Positions 1-9,404 of a stretch of DNA of 32,000 bases are shown piece after piece. The notes beneath the pieces are model-generated. The model was not told the origin of the DNA. It saw only the letters and a list, made by a program, of their open reading frames with translations, and searched no databases. The DNA is from Psychrobacter cryohalolentis K5. GTDB taxonomy: Bacteria; Pseudomonadota; Gammaproteobacteria; Pseudomonadales; Moraxellaceae. The DNA lies in the NCBI RefSeq assembly GCF_000013905.1, contig NC_007969.1:1380001-1412000 (forward strand). The letters run 5' to 3'. The first letter of the stretch is position 1. Every line of letters begins with the position of its first letter. The position numbers were made by a program, and so were the translations under genes.

Positions 1-762
1 AGCGAAGTAGAGTTTTTAGTATTGGGTGCTGGCATGAGCTATAAGAGCATGCTGCCTGCGCTTGAACAACATTTCCCTGCGTTTGCCAATTTGTTTGAAC
101 GTATTGCTTCTCCGCAAATCCGTAATATGGGCACTATCGGCGGTAACGTCGCTAACGCTTCACCGATTGGCGATTTGCCTCCCATTCTATTGGCATTAGA
201 TACTCATATTCATCTGCGTCATTGTGCTGCTATTGACAATTCTATTAACAGCGCTACTGACAATATCAATGTTAATAATGTCCATTCAAATCAAGTATCT
301 AGTATTGATGAAATCATTCCTTTATCTAAATTCTTTTTAGATTATAAAAAGACCAAACTACGTGCTGGTAGTTACGTGGTAGCCCTTCATATTCCGCTAA
401 TGCAAGATAATCAGTATCTCTATATTCATAAGATTAGTAAGCGTTACGAAGATGATATCTCAGCGTGCTTGCTTGCTGCGCGACTTGATTTGTCAGCGGA
501 TGGCATGACTATCCAAGATGCAAAATTTGGACTTGGCGGCATGGCGGCGATACCTTTATTGGCAGCAGAATGTCAGCAGGCACTAATTGGACAAGCAGTA
601 AATGTTGCCAGTTTCGAGCAGGCAGCACAAAGGCTACCTAATGATGTCTCACCGATGACCGATGTGAGAGCCAGCCGAGAGTATCGTATGCATGTGATGC
701 AGCGGTTAATCATTAAGTGTGGCAAGCAATTGGTTGCTGATGTGCAAGCGGTAGATGCGTAA
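1..762 (+). CDS. xdhA: Xanthine dehydrogenase small (FAD-binding) subunit, C-terminal part; the 5' end lies outside the window
   Basis: Frame 1 is open from base 1, and the track's start at 22 is only an in-frame TTG. Motif GTIGGNVANASPIGD and C-terminal TDVRASREYR are typical of the XDH/CO-dehydrogenase flavoprotein domain. It lies directly upstream of xdhB-xdhC. Confidence 0.85.
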   Translation, partial: SEVEFLVLGAGMSYKSMLPALEQHFPAFANLFERIASPQIRNMGTIGGNVANASPIGDLPPILLALDTHIHLRHCAAIDNSINSATDNINVNNVHSNQVSSIDEIIPLSKFFLDYKKTKLRAGSYVVALHIPLMQDNQYLYIHKISKRYEDDISACLLAARLDLSADGMTIQDAKFGLGGMAAIPLLAAECQQALIGQAVNVASFEQAAQRLPNDVSPMTDVRASREYRMHVMQRLIIKCGKQLVADVQAVDA

Positions 763-928
763 GTAAACATATAGCAAGTAAGCTCGGCAAGAGCTAAATA
801 GACGGCATTAGTGTTTGAACTTGCTTGATTATGCTAACTCACCTGACTTTCGCATCGCTAAAAGATACAGTCAAAACGCTATTGTTAGAGAGATAGGTTT
901 TGCTAAAAATATAAGAGAGAGAGCCATT

Positions 929-3499
929 ATGAGCCACCATTCTTCATTATTTGACAGCTATAGTACCCGCAGACAGCGTCCACCAAAAGACAAGATTGGC
1001 ACCCAAGCAAAGCATGACAGTGCTATTAGTCACGTTATGGGCACTGCCACTTATGTGGACGATATGCTAAAACCACAAAACACCCTGCATTTAGCAATTG
1101 GTAAAAGTGCTCACGCGCATGCTCGTGTATTGAATATGGATTTGAGCGCCGTACAAGCAGCGGACGGGGTAATCGATGTCATCACTTTTAAAGATTTACC
1201 AGCCAAGACTGATATCGGAGCAGTGTTTGATGGCGATCCACTCATGGTCGATCAGATCACAGAATATGTCGGTCAAACGCTATTTACGGTGGTTGCCACC
1301 AGTCACCGTGCAGCAAAAAAAGCCGTGCTCAAAGCCATTGTGGAATATGAGCCGCTGCCCGCAATCCTCACTATTGATGAGGCGCTAAAGCAAGAGCAGT
1401 TTGTACGTCCAAGTCACTTTATGACGCGCGGTGATGCTCAGGCTGAGCTTGAGAGTGCACCTACTCGTATTGCAGGGCATATTCATATGTTGGGGCAAGA
1501 GCATTTTTATTTGGAAGGGCAAGTATCTTATGTTATTCCTTGCGATGATGGTGGGCTTGAAGTCTATACTTCCTCACAGCATCCGAGTGAAGTGCAGCAG
1601 CTGGTCGCCGAAGTGGTCGATTTACCTTTTCATGCCGTGACGACAGTTGTGCGCCGAATGGGCGGTGGTTTTGGTGGTAAAGAAACGCAAGCTGCCGCAT
1701 GGGCGTGTCTGTGCGGTATCGTTGCCAAACGCCATAATGTGCCAGTGAGTATGCGCTTAGACCGTCAAGATGATATGGTTGTCACTGGTAAACGTCATGA
1801 ATTTGCCAATCGCTACGATGTCGGTGTCAATGATGCTGGTCAAGTGCTTGGCGTTGATATGCAGCTATCAGGATTGTGCGGTTATTCACCAGATTTGTCC
1901 GATGCTATTGTCGATCGGGCGATGTTCCATTGTGACAACGCCTATTATTATCCAGCGGCTCAGATCGCTGGTCATCGCTGCAAGACTCATACAGTATCAA
2001 ATACCGCTTATCGAGGTTTTGGTGGCCCACAAGGTTTGCTAACTGCTGAATACATGATGGATGATATCGCCTACAGTCTGGGTAAAGATCCTTTGCAGGT
2101 ACGTTTGGCAAATCTATATCAAAATGGTCAAAGCACCCATTATGGGCAGCCGATTGAACATTTTGATTTGGCGACTATCATACAGACGTTAGCTGATGAC
2201 AACGATTATGCTAAGCGACGTGAACAAATCACAGTCGCTAATCGAAAAGCTGAAGCCGAAGGTAGTGACAAACGTTTTGGTCTGGCTCTAACGCCGGTCA
2301 AATTTGGTATCTCATTTACGGTACAGACGCTAAACCAAGCGGGTGCTTTGGTTCATATCTATACCGACGGTACCATTCAAATCAATCATGGTGGTACTGA
2401 AATGGGGCAAGGGCTATATATTAAGATTGCCCAAATCGTTGCTAATGAATTCGATGTAGATTTAGATACCGTAAAAGTAACCGCAACTCGTACCGATAAA
2501 GTGCCAAATACTTCGCCAACAGCGGCGTCGTCAGGTACTGATATGAATGGCAAAGCCGCACAAAACGCTTGTATTACTATTAGAGATCGCTTGGTTGAAT
2601 TTGCTACTGAACATTTTGAAGTAAGTGCAGAAGATGTCAAATTTGAGCGCAATCATGTTCATATCGGTGATAAAGAAACACTAACCTTTGCTGAAATGGT
2701 GTTACTCGCATATCAGCACCGCGTTAGCTTATCGTCTACTGGCTACTATAAAACACCAAAGATATTTTATGATCGCTCAAAAGCGTGGGGTCGCCCATTC
2801 TTTTACTTTGCCTTGGGTGCCTCTTGTTCTGAGGTTGAGATTGATATTTTAACGGGTGAATATAGGGTATTGCGCTGCGATATCTTACACGATGTTGGGC
2901 AGTCGATTAATCCTGCAATTGATATCGGTCAGATTGAAGGCGGTTTTGTTCAAGGTATGGGCTGGCTTACTGCTGAAGAGCTGGTTTGGGATAAAAAAGG
3001 AAACCTTGCGTCAAACAGTGCCGCCAATTATAAAATTCCAATGGCGCATGACTTACCAAAACAATGGAGCGTCAAACTGTTCGATCGCAAAAACGAAGAG
3101 CAAACTATTTATAACTCCAAAGCCGTTGGCGAACCGCCATTTATGCTAGCCGCTAGTGTTTGGTGCGCGATTAACAACGCGATTGCAAGCTTAGGTGATT
3201 ACCGGAAAAACCCTGAGCTGACCATGCCGGCAACGCCAGAAGCGGTATTAAAATCGGTCATGCGTATGCAAGGTCAAGAATGGGAAATCGCTTCTAAAGC
3301 GGATACAGATACGATTACTAGCCTAACAGTAACCGATGATAATTGCGGTATTGATGATGATAAAGTCAAGCCGCAGCAAGTCGCACATGGTAAGGATATT
3401 AATCCAACAGAAGTCGAAGGTAAGCTAACGGATGATCAGCCTGAAGCGATACAAAACCCAAATGTATCAACGGCTCGCGGACCGGCACATAGTGAATAA
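929..3499 (+). CDS. xdhB: Xanthine dehydrogenase large molybdopterin-binding subunit
   Basis: Motifs RRMGGGFGGKETQ, AYRGFGGPQG and KAVGEPPF, about 780 aa of XDH-like sequence. The track ORF starts at TTG 815. ATG 929 (MSHHSS...) follows a purine-rich agagagagag stretch and is the more likely start. Confidence 0.9.
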   Translation: MSHHSSLFDSYSTRRQRPPKDKIGTQAKHDSAISHVMGTATYVDDMLKPQNTLHLAIGKSAHAHARVLNMDLSAVQAADGVIDVITFKDLPAKTDIGAVFDGDPLMVDQITEYVGQTLFTVVATSHRAAKKAVLKAIVEYEPLPAILTIDEALKQEQFVRPSHFMTRGDAQAELESAPTRIAGHIHMLGQEHFYLEGQVSYVIPCDDGGLEVYTSSQHPSEVQQLVAEVVDLPFHAVTTVVRRMGGGFGGKETQAAAWACLCGIVAKRHNVPVSMRLDRQDDMVVTGKRHEFANRYDVGVNDAGQVLGVDMQLSGLCGYSPDLSDAIVDRAMFHCDNAYYYPAAQIAGHRCKTHTVSNTAYRGFGGPQGLLTAEYMMDDIAYSLGKDPLQVRLANLYQNGQSTHYGQPIEHFDLATIIQTLADDNDYAKRREQITVANRKAEAEGSDKRFGLALTPVKFGISFTVQTLNQAGALVHIYTDGTIQINHGGTEMGQGLYIKIAQIVANEFDVDLDTVKVTATRTDKVPNTSPTAASSGTDMNGKAAQNACITIRDRLVEFATEHFEVSAEDVKFERNHVHIGDKETLTFAEMVLLAYQHRVSLSSTGYYKTPKIFYDRSKAWGRPFFYFALGASCSEVEIDILTGEYRVLRCDILHDVGQSINPAIDIGQIEGGFVQGMGWLTAEELVWDKKGNLASNSAANYKIPMAHDLPKQWSVKLFDRKNEEQTIYNSKAVGEPPFMLAASVWCAINNAIASLGDYRKNPELTMPATPEAVLKSVMRMQGQEWEIASKADTDTITSLTVTDDNCGIDDDKVKPQQVAHGKDINPTEVEGKLTDDQPEAIQNPNVSTARGPAHSE

Positions 3500-3515
3500 G
3501 TCACTAATCACACCG

Positions 3516-4478
3516 ATGCCACCAACAAAGTGGTATAACGGACTGGCGCAATATCAGCAGCAAGGTATTGCGCACGTTTTGGCGACGGTCGTTGCGGTGA
3601 ATGGCTCAGCACCTCGTGATCTTCAATCAAAAATGATCGTGACGCTTGATGCATGCTGTGACACCTTAGGCGGCGGTAGCCTTGAACATGACGTGACGAT
3701 AACCGCTAGGCAATTGCTAAATGGCGAGCTTGATACGACTGAAGCAAGAAGCACGCAACCGTTAAAAGAAGGTAAGTCTGAAAAGGCGCAGGCAGTACGC
3801 CGCGATGCCGTTTACACCAAGCATTATCCATTGGGCGCTACATTGGCTCAATGCTGCGGCGGTAGCGTCACGGTCATGTTTGAATGCTTTAATGTAACGC
3901 CGCCCATGTCATTACTGGTGTTTGGCGCAGGGCATGTAGCAGCTGCGCTAATGACCATTCTTACTGAGCTGCCTTGTCAGGTTGACTGGGTGGACAGCCG
4001 AGCTGAAATGTTTGAGCGTTATCTAACCCATAATCCGGATACTGTAGAGGGGCGAGTGACTTATCAGTTGCCTACTCACATTCGCCCGCATATTGATGAA
4101 GATCCAGTCGATTTTGTTCAACCGTTTGTTGCCAAGAGCATTGAAAGTGCCTTGATGAATGCGTCAACAAAAAAAGGCACTCAGTATTTTATTTTGGTCA
4201 TGACACATGATCACAGTCTTGATTTTGATTTGGTACGTGCCGCGCTCGATGCTTATGTAAAAATTGGCATCGATAGCAGCTCATTACCTTATCTTGGTTG
4301 TATCAGCTCAGCGACTAAAGCTAAGCGTTTTAGAGATCGTCTACTGCAGCGTGATTATAATGAGCAAATAGTCGATAAATTGACCATGCCAATCGGACTT
4401 AATACGGGCGGAAAAGAGCCAATGGCAGTCGCTATTTCTATCGCGGCACAAGTTATGCAGCTTTATAATGATTTATAA
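3516..4478 (+). CDS. xdhC: XdhC-type xanthine dehydrogenase accessory/maturation factor
   Basis: N-terminal LATVVAVNGSAPRDLQSKMIV and Rossmann-like VFGAGHVAAAL fit the XdhC/CoxI family, and the gene follows xdhB. The track start 3432 would overlap xdhB by 68 nt, whereas ATG 3516 lies 17 nt after the xdhB stop. Confidence 0.8.
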   Translation: MPPTKWYNGLAQYQQQGIAHVLATVVAVNGSAPRDLQSKMIVTLDACCDTLGGGSLEHDVTITARQLLNGELDTTEARSTQPLKEGKSEKAQAVRRDAVYTKHYPLGATLAQCCGGSVTVMFECFNVTPPMSLLVFGAGHVAAALMTILTELPCQVDWVDSRAEMFERYLTHNPDTVEGRVTYQLPTHIRPHIDEDPVDFVQPFVAKSIESALMNASTKKGTQYFILVMTHDHSLDFDLVRAALDAYVKIGIDSSSLPYLGCISSATKAKRFRDRLLQRDYNEQIVDKLTMPIGLNTGGKEPMAVAISIAAQVMQLYNDL

Positions 4479-4699
4479 CCAATATTAACCCTAATTGACA
4501 GTTTTTTAATTCGCTATTTATCTGTTTATCCTCAAGGTATTAAGAAAGTAAGGCATGGTTCTTAGCTTCGTCAGCCATCATACGATATAGGCTGCGTTCA
4601 GTAACTTTGTGCTTATACTTCTATGATTGTATTAGGATGGACATATAATATGGATGAATTTTTAACCAAAATACTTATCTATTATTGTGAGATTTTTTT

Positions 4700-6157
4700 A
4701 TGACCATACATATTTATCAAGCACAGTTGCTGCATTATTTAACCGAAGATAATCTGGCTGAAAGAGCCAAGCGTGCCCATTTAGATACGGCCGATTTAAC
4801 CAATGATAATTTAACCAATGCTGAGCGTCCTAGCATCACAGTGGTAGAAAAAAACGTCAATTTGCTGCCAGTGGTTACAGGCGTCAAGGTTTATCCTGAA
4901 TATATCGCCAATGGTGCCTTGGTGGTCGATGATGCGACTGGTCGCGTTGTGGATTATGGCAGCTGTGCGTCAATGATGTCACAGTACGGCAACGACAGTC
5001 GCCAAGAGGGTCAAGCGCCAGTACAAATTCATGATTATCAAGATAAGCTCATTATGCCGGGTTTTATCGATACTCATGTGCATTATCCGCAAATAGATAT
5101 GATTGCTGCATTTGGCGAGCAATTGCTTGATTGGTTGAATAATTATACCTTTGTGACCGAAGCCAATTTTGGCGATGCAAAGATTGCTGACGATACGGCA
5201 AAATTCTTTTTGAATCAGCTGCTTGCTAACGGTACAACCAGCGCTTTGGTGTTCTCTACTAGCCATCCACAGTCAGTAGAGTCGTTCTTTAACGAAAGTA
5301 GTCGTTTGAATACGCGTATGATTACGGGTAATGTATTGATGGATCAAAACGCGCCTGAGCACTTGTGTGTACCAACAGAGCAAGGGATTCGCGATACGCA
5401 GAATATCATCGATAAATGGCATGAGCGCGGACGTCAGCATGTGGCGATTACGCCGAGGTTTGCCATTACCTCAACGCCGAAGCAATTACAAATGACGGGA
5501 GAGCTATATCGTAGCTATGACAGCGTTTATCTGCAAACACATTTGGCTGAAAACCTTGATGAAATCGCCTTTGTACGTGAGCTTTATCCCAATCATAAAG
5601 GTTATTTAGACGTTTATCATGATATGGGCTTACTTGGCAGGCGTACGACGTTGGCGCATGGCATTCATCTCTCGACATCAGAATATGAAGTGCTACGTGA
5701 TACTGGCACCCAAATAGCCCATTGCCCGACGTCCAATTTATTTTTAGGCAGTGGACTGTTTGATTTGTCCAAAACTCTAAGCTATACCGGCGTTAGTATC
5801 GCAACCGACGTGGGCGCAGGTACTAGCTTATCGATGCTGACCACTTTAGCAGAAGCCTATAAAGTTCAGCAATTACAGAGTAATCCGTTATCAGCGCATC
5901 AAGGGTTATATCAAATCACGTTAGGCAACGCGCAGTCATTGTTATTAGACGATAAAATCGGTAACTTTATGCCCAATAAAGAAGCAGATTTTGTGGTGAT
6001 AGATATGGGTGGCACTGATTTAATGGAGCGCCGTATGACACAGACCAAGTCACTTGATGAGCAGTTATTTGTGCTGATGATGTTAGGTGATGATAGGGTG
6101 ATTGAAGAAACAATTATCGCTGGCGTGAGTCGTTATAAAAAAGCGGTTGCTGCATAA
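4700..6157 (+). CDS. guaD: Guanine deaminase
   Basis: Aligns by eye along its length with E. coli GuaD: PGFIDTHVHYPQ, HLAEN..EIA, CPTSNLFLGSGLF, TDVGAG, GKEADFVV. It carries an N-terminal insertion relative to E. coli. Confidence 0.9.
   Translation: MTIHIYQAQLLHYLTEDNLAERAKRAHLDTADLTNDNLTNAERPSITVVEKNVNLLPVVTGVKVYPEYIANGALVVDDATGRVVDYGSCASMMSQYGNDSRQEGQAPVQIHDYQDKLIMPGFIDTHVHYPQIDMIAAFGEQLLDWLNNYTFVTEANFGDAKIADDTAKFFLNQLLANGTTSALVFSTSHPQSVESFFNESSRLNTRMITGNVLMDQNAPEHLCVPTEQGIRDTQNIIDKWHERGRQHVAITPRFAITSTPKQLQMTGELYRSYDSVYLQTHLAENLDEIAFVRELYPNHKGYLDVYHDMGLLGRRTTLAHGIHLSTSEYEVLRDTGTQIAHCPTSNLFLGSGLFDLSKTLSYTGVSIATDVGAGTSLSMLTTLAEAYKVQQLQSNPLSAHQGLYQITLGNAQSLLLDDKIGNFMPNKEADFVVIDMGGTDLMERRMTQTKSLDEQLFVLMMLGDDRVIEETIIAGVSRYKKAVAA
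4794..4823 (+). repeat. In-frame 15-bp tandem duplication inside guaD (atttaaccaatgata / atttaaccaatgctg)
   Basis: The 12-mer atttaaccaatg occurs at 4794-4805 and again at 4809-4820 with a period of 15, encoding DLTND-NLTNA. Confidence 0.6.
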
Positions 6158-6204
6158 AGGGAAGTATTAAAGGTATTTTTTTGCTTAAGTTAGAATGTTT
6201 ACAT

Positions 6205-6266
6205 AAAAATCAGCGCCTATTTATTAAGACATTTAAATCTTAGTAAATAGGCGCTGATGGTTTTTA
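6205..6266. terminator. Bidirectional intrinsic terminator between convergent guaD and roxA
   Basis: About 21-bp stem atcagcgcctatttattaaga / tcttagtaaataggcgctgat (6209-6258, one T-G wobble), flanked by an A-run upstream and a T-run downstream, so each strand reads hairpin plus U-tract. Confidence 0.8.
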
Positions 6267-6317
6267 AATAATGCTTAATAGCCAATGTGCTATAAAAACT
6301 GGCTAATAACTATGGCA

Positions 6318-7490
6318 TTACTCTGGATGATTCATCCATATCCAACCATTCTCTAACCATTCCATCACTTCATCAGGGTCAATCCCTTCCATATCGTCAA
6401 GGCTTAAATGCTCGCCATTAGATAAGCGTACCAGTAGTGCTATCGATGTTTCATGCAAATCATCTAGGCGTTGCCCATTGGCATATAAAACGATGTCATT
6501 ATCCGCCTGAGTGTATAACAAACGATTGCTGTAATCTGCTTCCAACGTCGCGCCAGTTGCCAATGCTGCTATCATCTCATCAGTCGTCAGCGACTCTTCA
6601 GGGACAAGCACATCATATTGACGCTTGCTGACCACTTCAGACACGGCTTGGCGAATAATCGTATCACCGCGCTCAGATTGGAGGAGTTGTAATAATTGAG
6701 TTTTAATCGCCTCAATGCTGTCAGTCTTTAACTCCCCTGACGCTTGCATAGCTTGTGGTAATAACATCGGTATAAATAAAGCGCTGTCATTGGTCGCGAC
6801 ATCGGCAAGGTTGTCAATGATTTGCATCAAGTTTGGACGACGGCAGCCAAAGGAAAAGGTTAGGCAATCATCTTGCGCTACGCCAAAATGTGCTAATTTT
6901 GGTGGCACGTATAGCACATCACCGGCTTCTAAGATTTCATCAAAGATAATCTCGCCCATATCATCAAATAGACGTATCGGCTCATCGGCAACAAATTGCG
7001 TCTGCTCATCACAAAACTTACCTAACTGCCAACGCCTAGAGCCAAACCCTTGCGCTAGAAATACATCGTAATCATCATAATGCTTGCCAACCGAGCCGCC
7101 TTTTGGCGCATAAGACACCATAATATCATCGCGCTGCCACTGCGGTATAAAATCAAGCGCCTGCCATAATGCGCCAAGTTCCGGCGACCATTGCTCAAGA
7201 TTTTGTACCAGTACTGACCATTGCTCAGGTAAGTTATCAAAGTCGGCTTCAGTTAGTGGGTTCTTTTTAAGTTGCCATTGCGGCTGACCTTCTTGTTTGC
7301 TCGCAGCTTGAGTCAGTAGCCTTGCAGTAGCGTCTTCATCTATAGCTAAGCCTAAGATATCTTCCGGCTCAAACATACCAATTAATTGCGGTAAGCCTTG
7401 CTTAATCAAGAGGGGTTTTTTTTGCCAATAATCGCTTAAGAATTGCTCAGGAGTAATGGTATTCGGTAAACAAAGGGAGATAGAAGTCAT
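6318..7490 (-). CDS. roxA: JmjC/cupin-fold ribosomal protein L16 arginine hydroxylase-like protein (YcfD/RoxA family)
   Basis: Collinear similarity to E. coli YcfD: FLSDYWQKKPLLIKQG, WSVLVQ, GGSVGKHYDDYDVFLAQGFGSRRWQLG (HxD iron site), GDVLYVPPKLAHFG. Length is 390 aa. Confidence 0.75.
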   Translation of the reverse strand: MTSISLCLPNTITPEQFLSDYWQKKPLLIKQGLPQLIGMFEPEDILGLAIDEDATARLLTQAASKQEGQPQWQLKKNPLTEADFDNLPEQWSVLVQNLEQWSPELGALWQALDFIPQWQRDDIMVSYAPKGGSVGKHYDDYDVFLAQGFGSRRWQLGKFCDEQTQFVADEPIRLFDDMGEIIFDEILEAGDVLYVPPKLAHFGVAQDDCLTFSFGCRRPNLMQIIDNLADVATNDSALFIPMLLPQAMQASGELKTDSIEAIKTQLLQLLQSERGDTIIRQAVSEVVSKRQYDVLVPEESLTTDEMIAALATGATLEADYSNRLLYTQADNDIVLYANGQRLDDLHETSIALLVRLSNGEHLSLDDMEGIDPDEVMEWLENGWIWMNHPE

Positions 7491-7578
7491 GGATAAATCC
7501 GTATGGTTAACTGGTTATAAGATTAATAGAAATGATGGCTTTATAGGCAGGATTTATTAGTTTATGATTATTGCTTAT

Positions 7579-7595
7579 CTGATGACTGTCATCAG
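7579..7595. promoter_or_regulatory. Perfect 8-bp-arm palindrome ctgatgac-t-gtcatcag abutting a TATAAT box (7600-7605) upstream of the small lipoprotein gene
   Basis: The palindrome is seen directly. A consensus -10 hexamer lies 4 nt downstream and 16 nt before the AGGA Shine-Dalgarno. An operator role is inferred only. Confidence 0.2.
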
Positions 7596-7621
7596 AGCCT
7601 ATAATTATTCTTAGGACATTT

Positions 7622-7807
7622 ATGAAAAAATTACATTTTATCGTTATTATTGCCAGTATGTTTTTGCTGCAAGCTTGTGTACATAAAATTGTTACTGTAC
7701 CTGCTAAAATCGCTTATAAAACCACTAAAGGTGTGGTTAAAGGTACGGTCGCTGTGGGTAAAGCTATCATACCGGGCGATAGCAGTGATAAAGACGATAA
7801 AGAATAA
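7622..7807 (+). CDS. Small (61 aa) lipoprotein, function unknown
   Basis: Signal peptide with lipobox LLQAC (MKKLHFIVIIASMFLLQAC), AGGA 5 nt before the ATG, Lys/Val/Gly-rich body and acidic tail. A terminator follows. Confidence 0.6.
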   Translation: MKKLHFIVIIASMFLLQACVHKIVTVPAKIAYKTTKGVVKGTVAVGKAIIPGDSSDKDDKE

Positions 7808-7868
7808 AAACCTCACCCATCAACTATGTATTTTAAAAAATAATAGTGTTTAGAGTAAGGTTCTTATT

Positions 7869-7902
7869 AAGATATAAATGAGTGCTCATTTATATCTTTT
7901 TT
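7869..7902 (+). terminator. Intrinsic terminator after the lipoprotein gene; it also lies 30 nt beyond the purB stop
   Basis: 13-14 bp stem aagatataaatgag / ctcatttatatctt followed by T6 on the + strand. There is no T-run on the - strand. Confidence 0.7.
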
Positions 7903-7931
7903 GCATTTGATAGAGATGAGCTGATTGCCAG

Positions 7932-9332
<1,401 letters not shown>

Positions 9333-9404
9333 TCAAAAAGTTATTGAAATTACAGCTGGTTAAAAAAATGTAAAAAATGATTTAATCTGAAAAATCATCA
9401 TGTA

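Noticed and set aside
815-928. N-terminal extensions in the ORF track: xdhB from 815, xdhC from 3432, mnmA to 12537, mnmG from 14813, AEC transporter from 16824, ABC1 kinase from 24568, MFS from 25976, leuA from 28057.
   Set aside because: Each of these starts is a TTG or GTG that is simply the first permitted codon after an upstream stop. The extra residues have no family-like character, sometimes overlap the upstream gene or a terminator, and a downstream ATG with a better Shine-Dalgarno or family-consistent N-terminus exists.
4479-4699. Possible purine riboswitch or PurR-type operator in the 221-nt spacer upstream of guaD.
   Set aside because: I could find no sequence resembling the conserved purine-riboswitch junction or loop motifs, no ACGCAAACGTTTGCGT-like palindrome, and only weak 5-bp hairpins.
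7412-7423. G4T8 homopolymer (A8C4 on the coding strand, codons Q-K-K-P) near the 5' end of roxA, considered as a phase-variation tract.
   Set aside because: Eight A residues encoding a conserved WQKKP motif is within the normal range for an AT-rich genome. The reading frame is intact, and the gene is not a typical contingency locus.
7631-7853. ORFs 7631-7816 (-) and 7650-7853 (+) overlapping the small lipoprotein gene.
   Set aside because: Neither has a Shine-Dalgarno or a recognisable signal. The 7622 frame has AGGA-N5-ATG and a textbook lipobox, so it is the only one kept.
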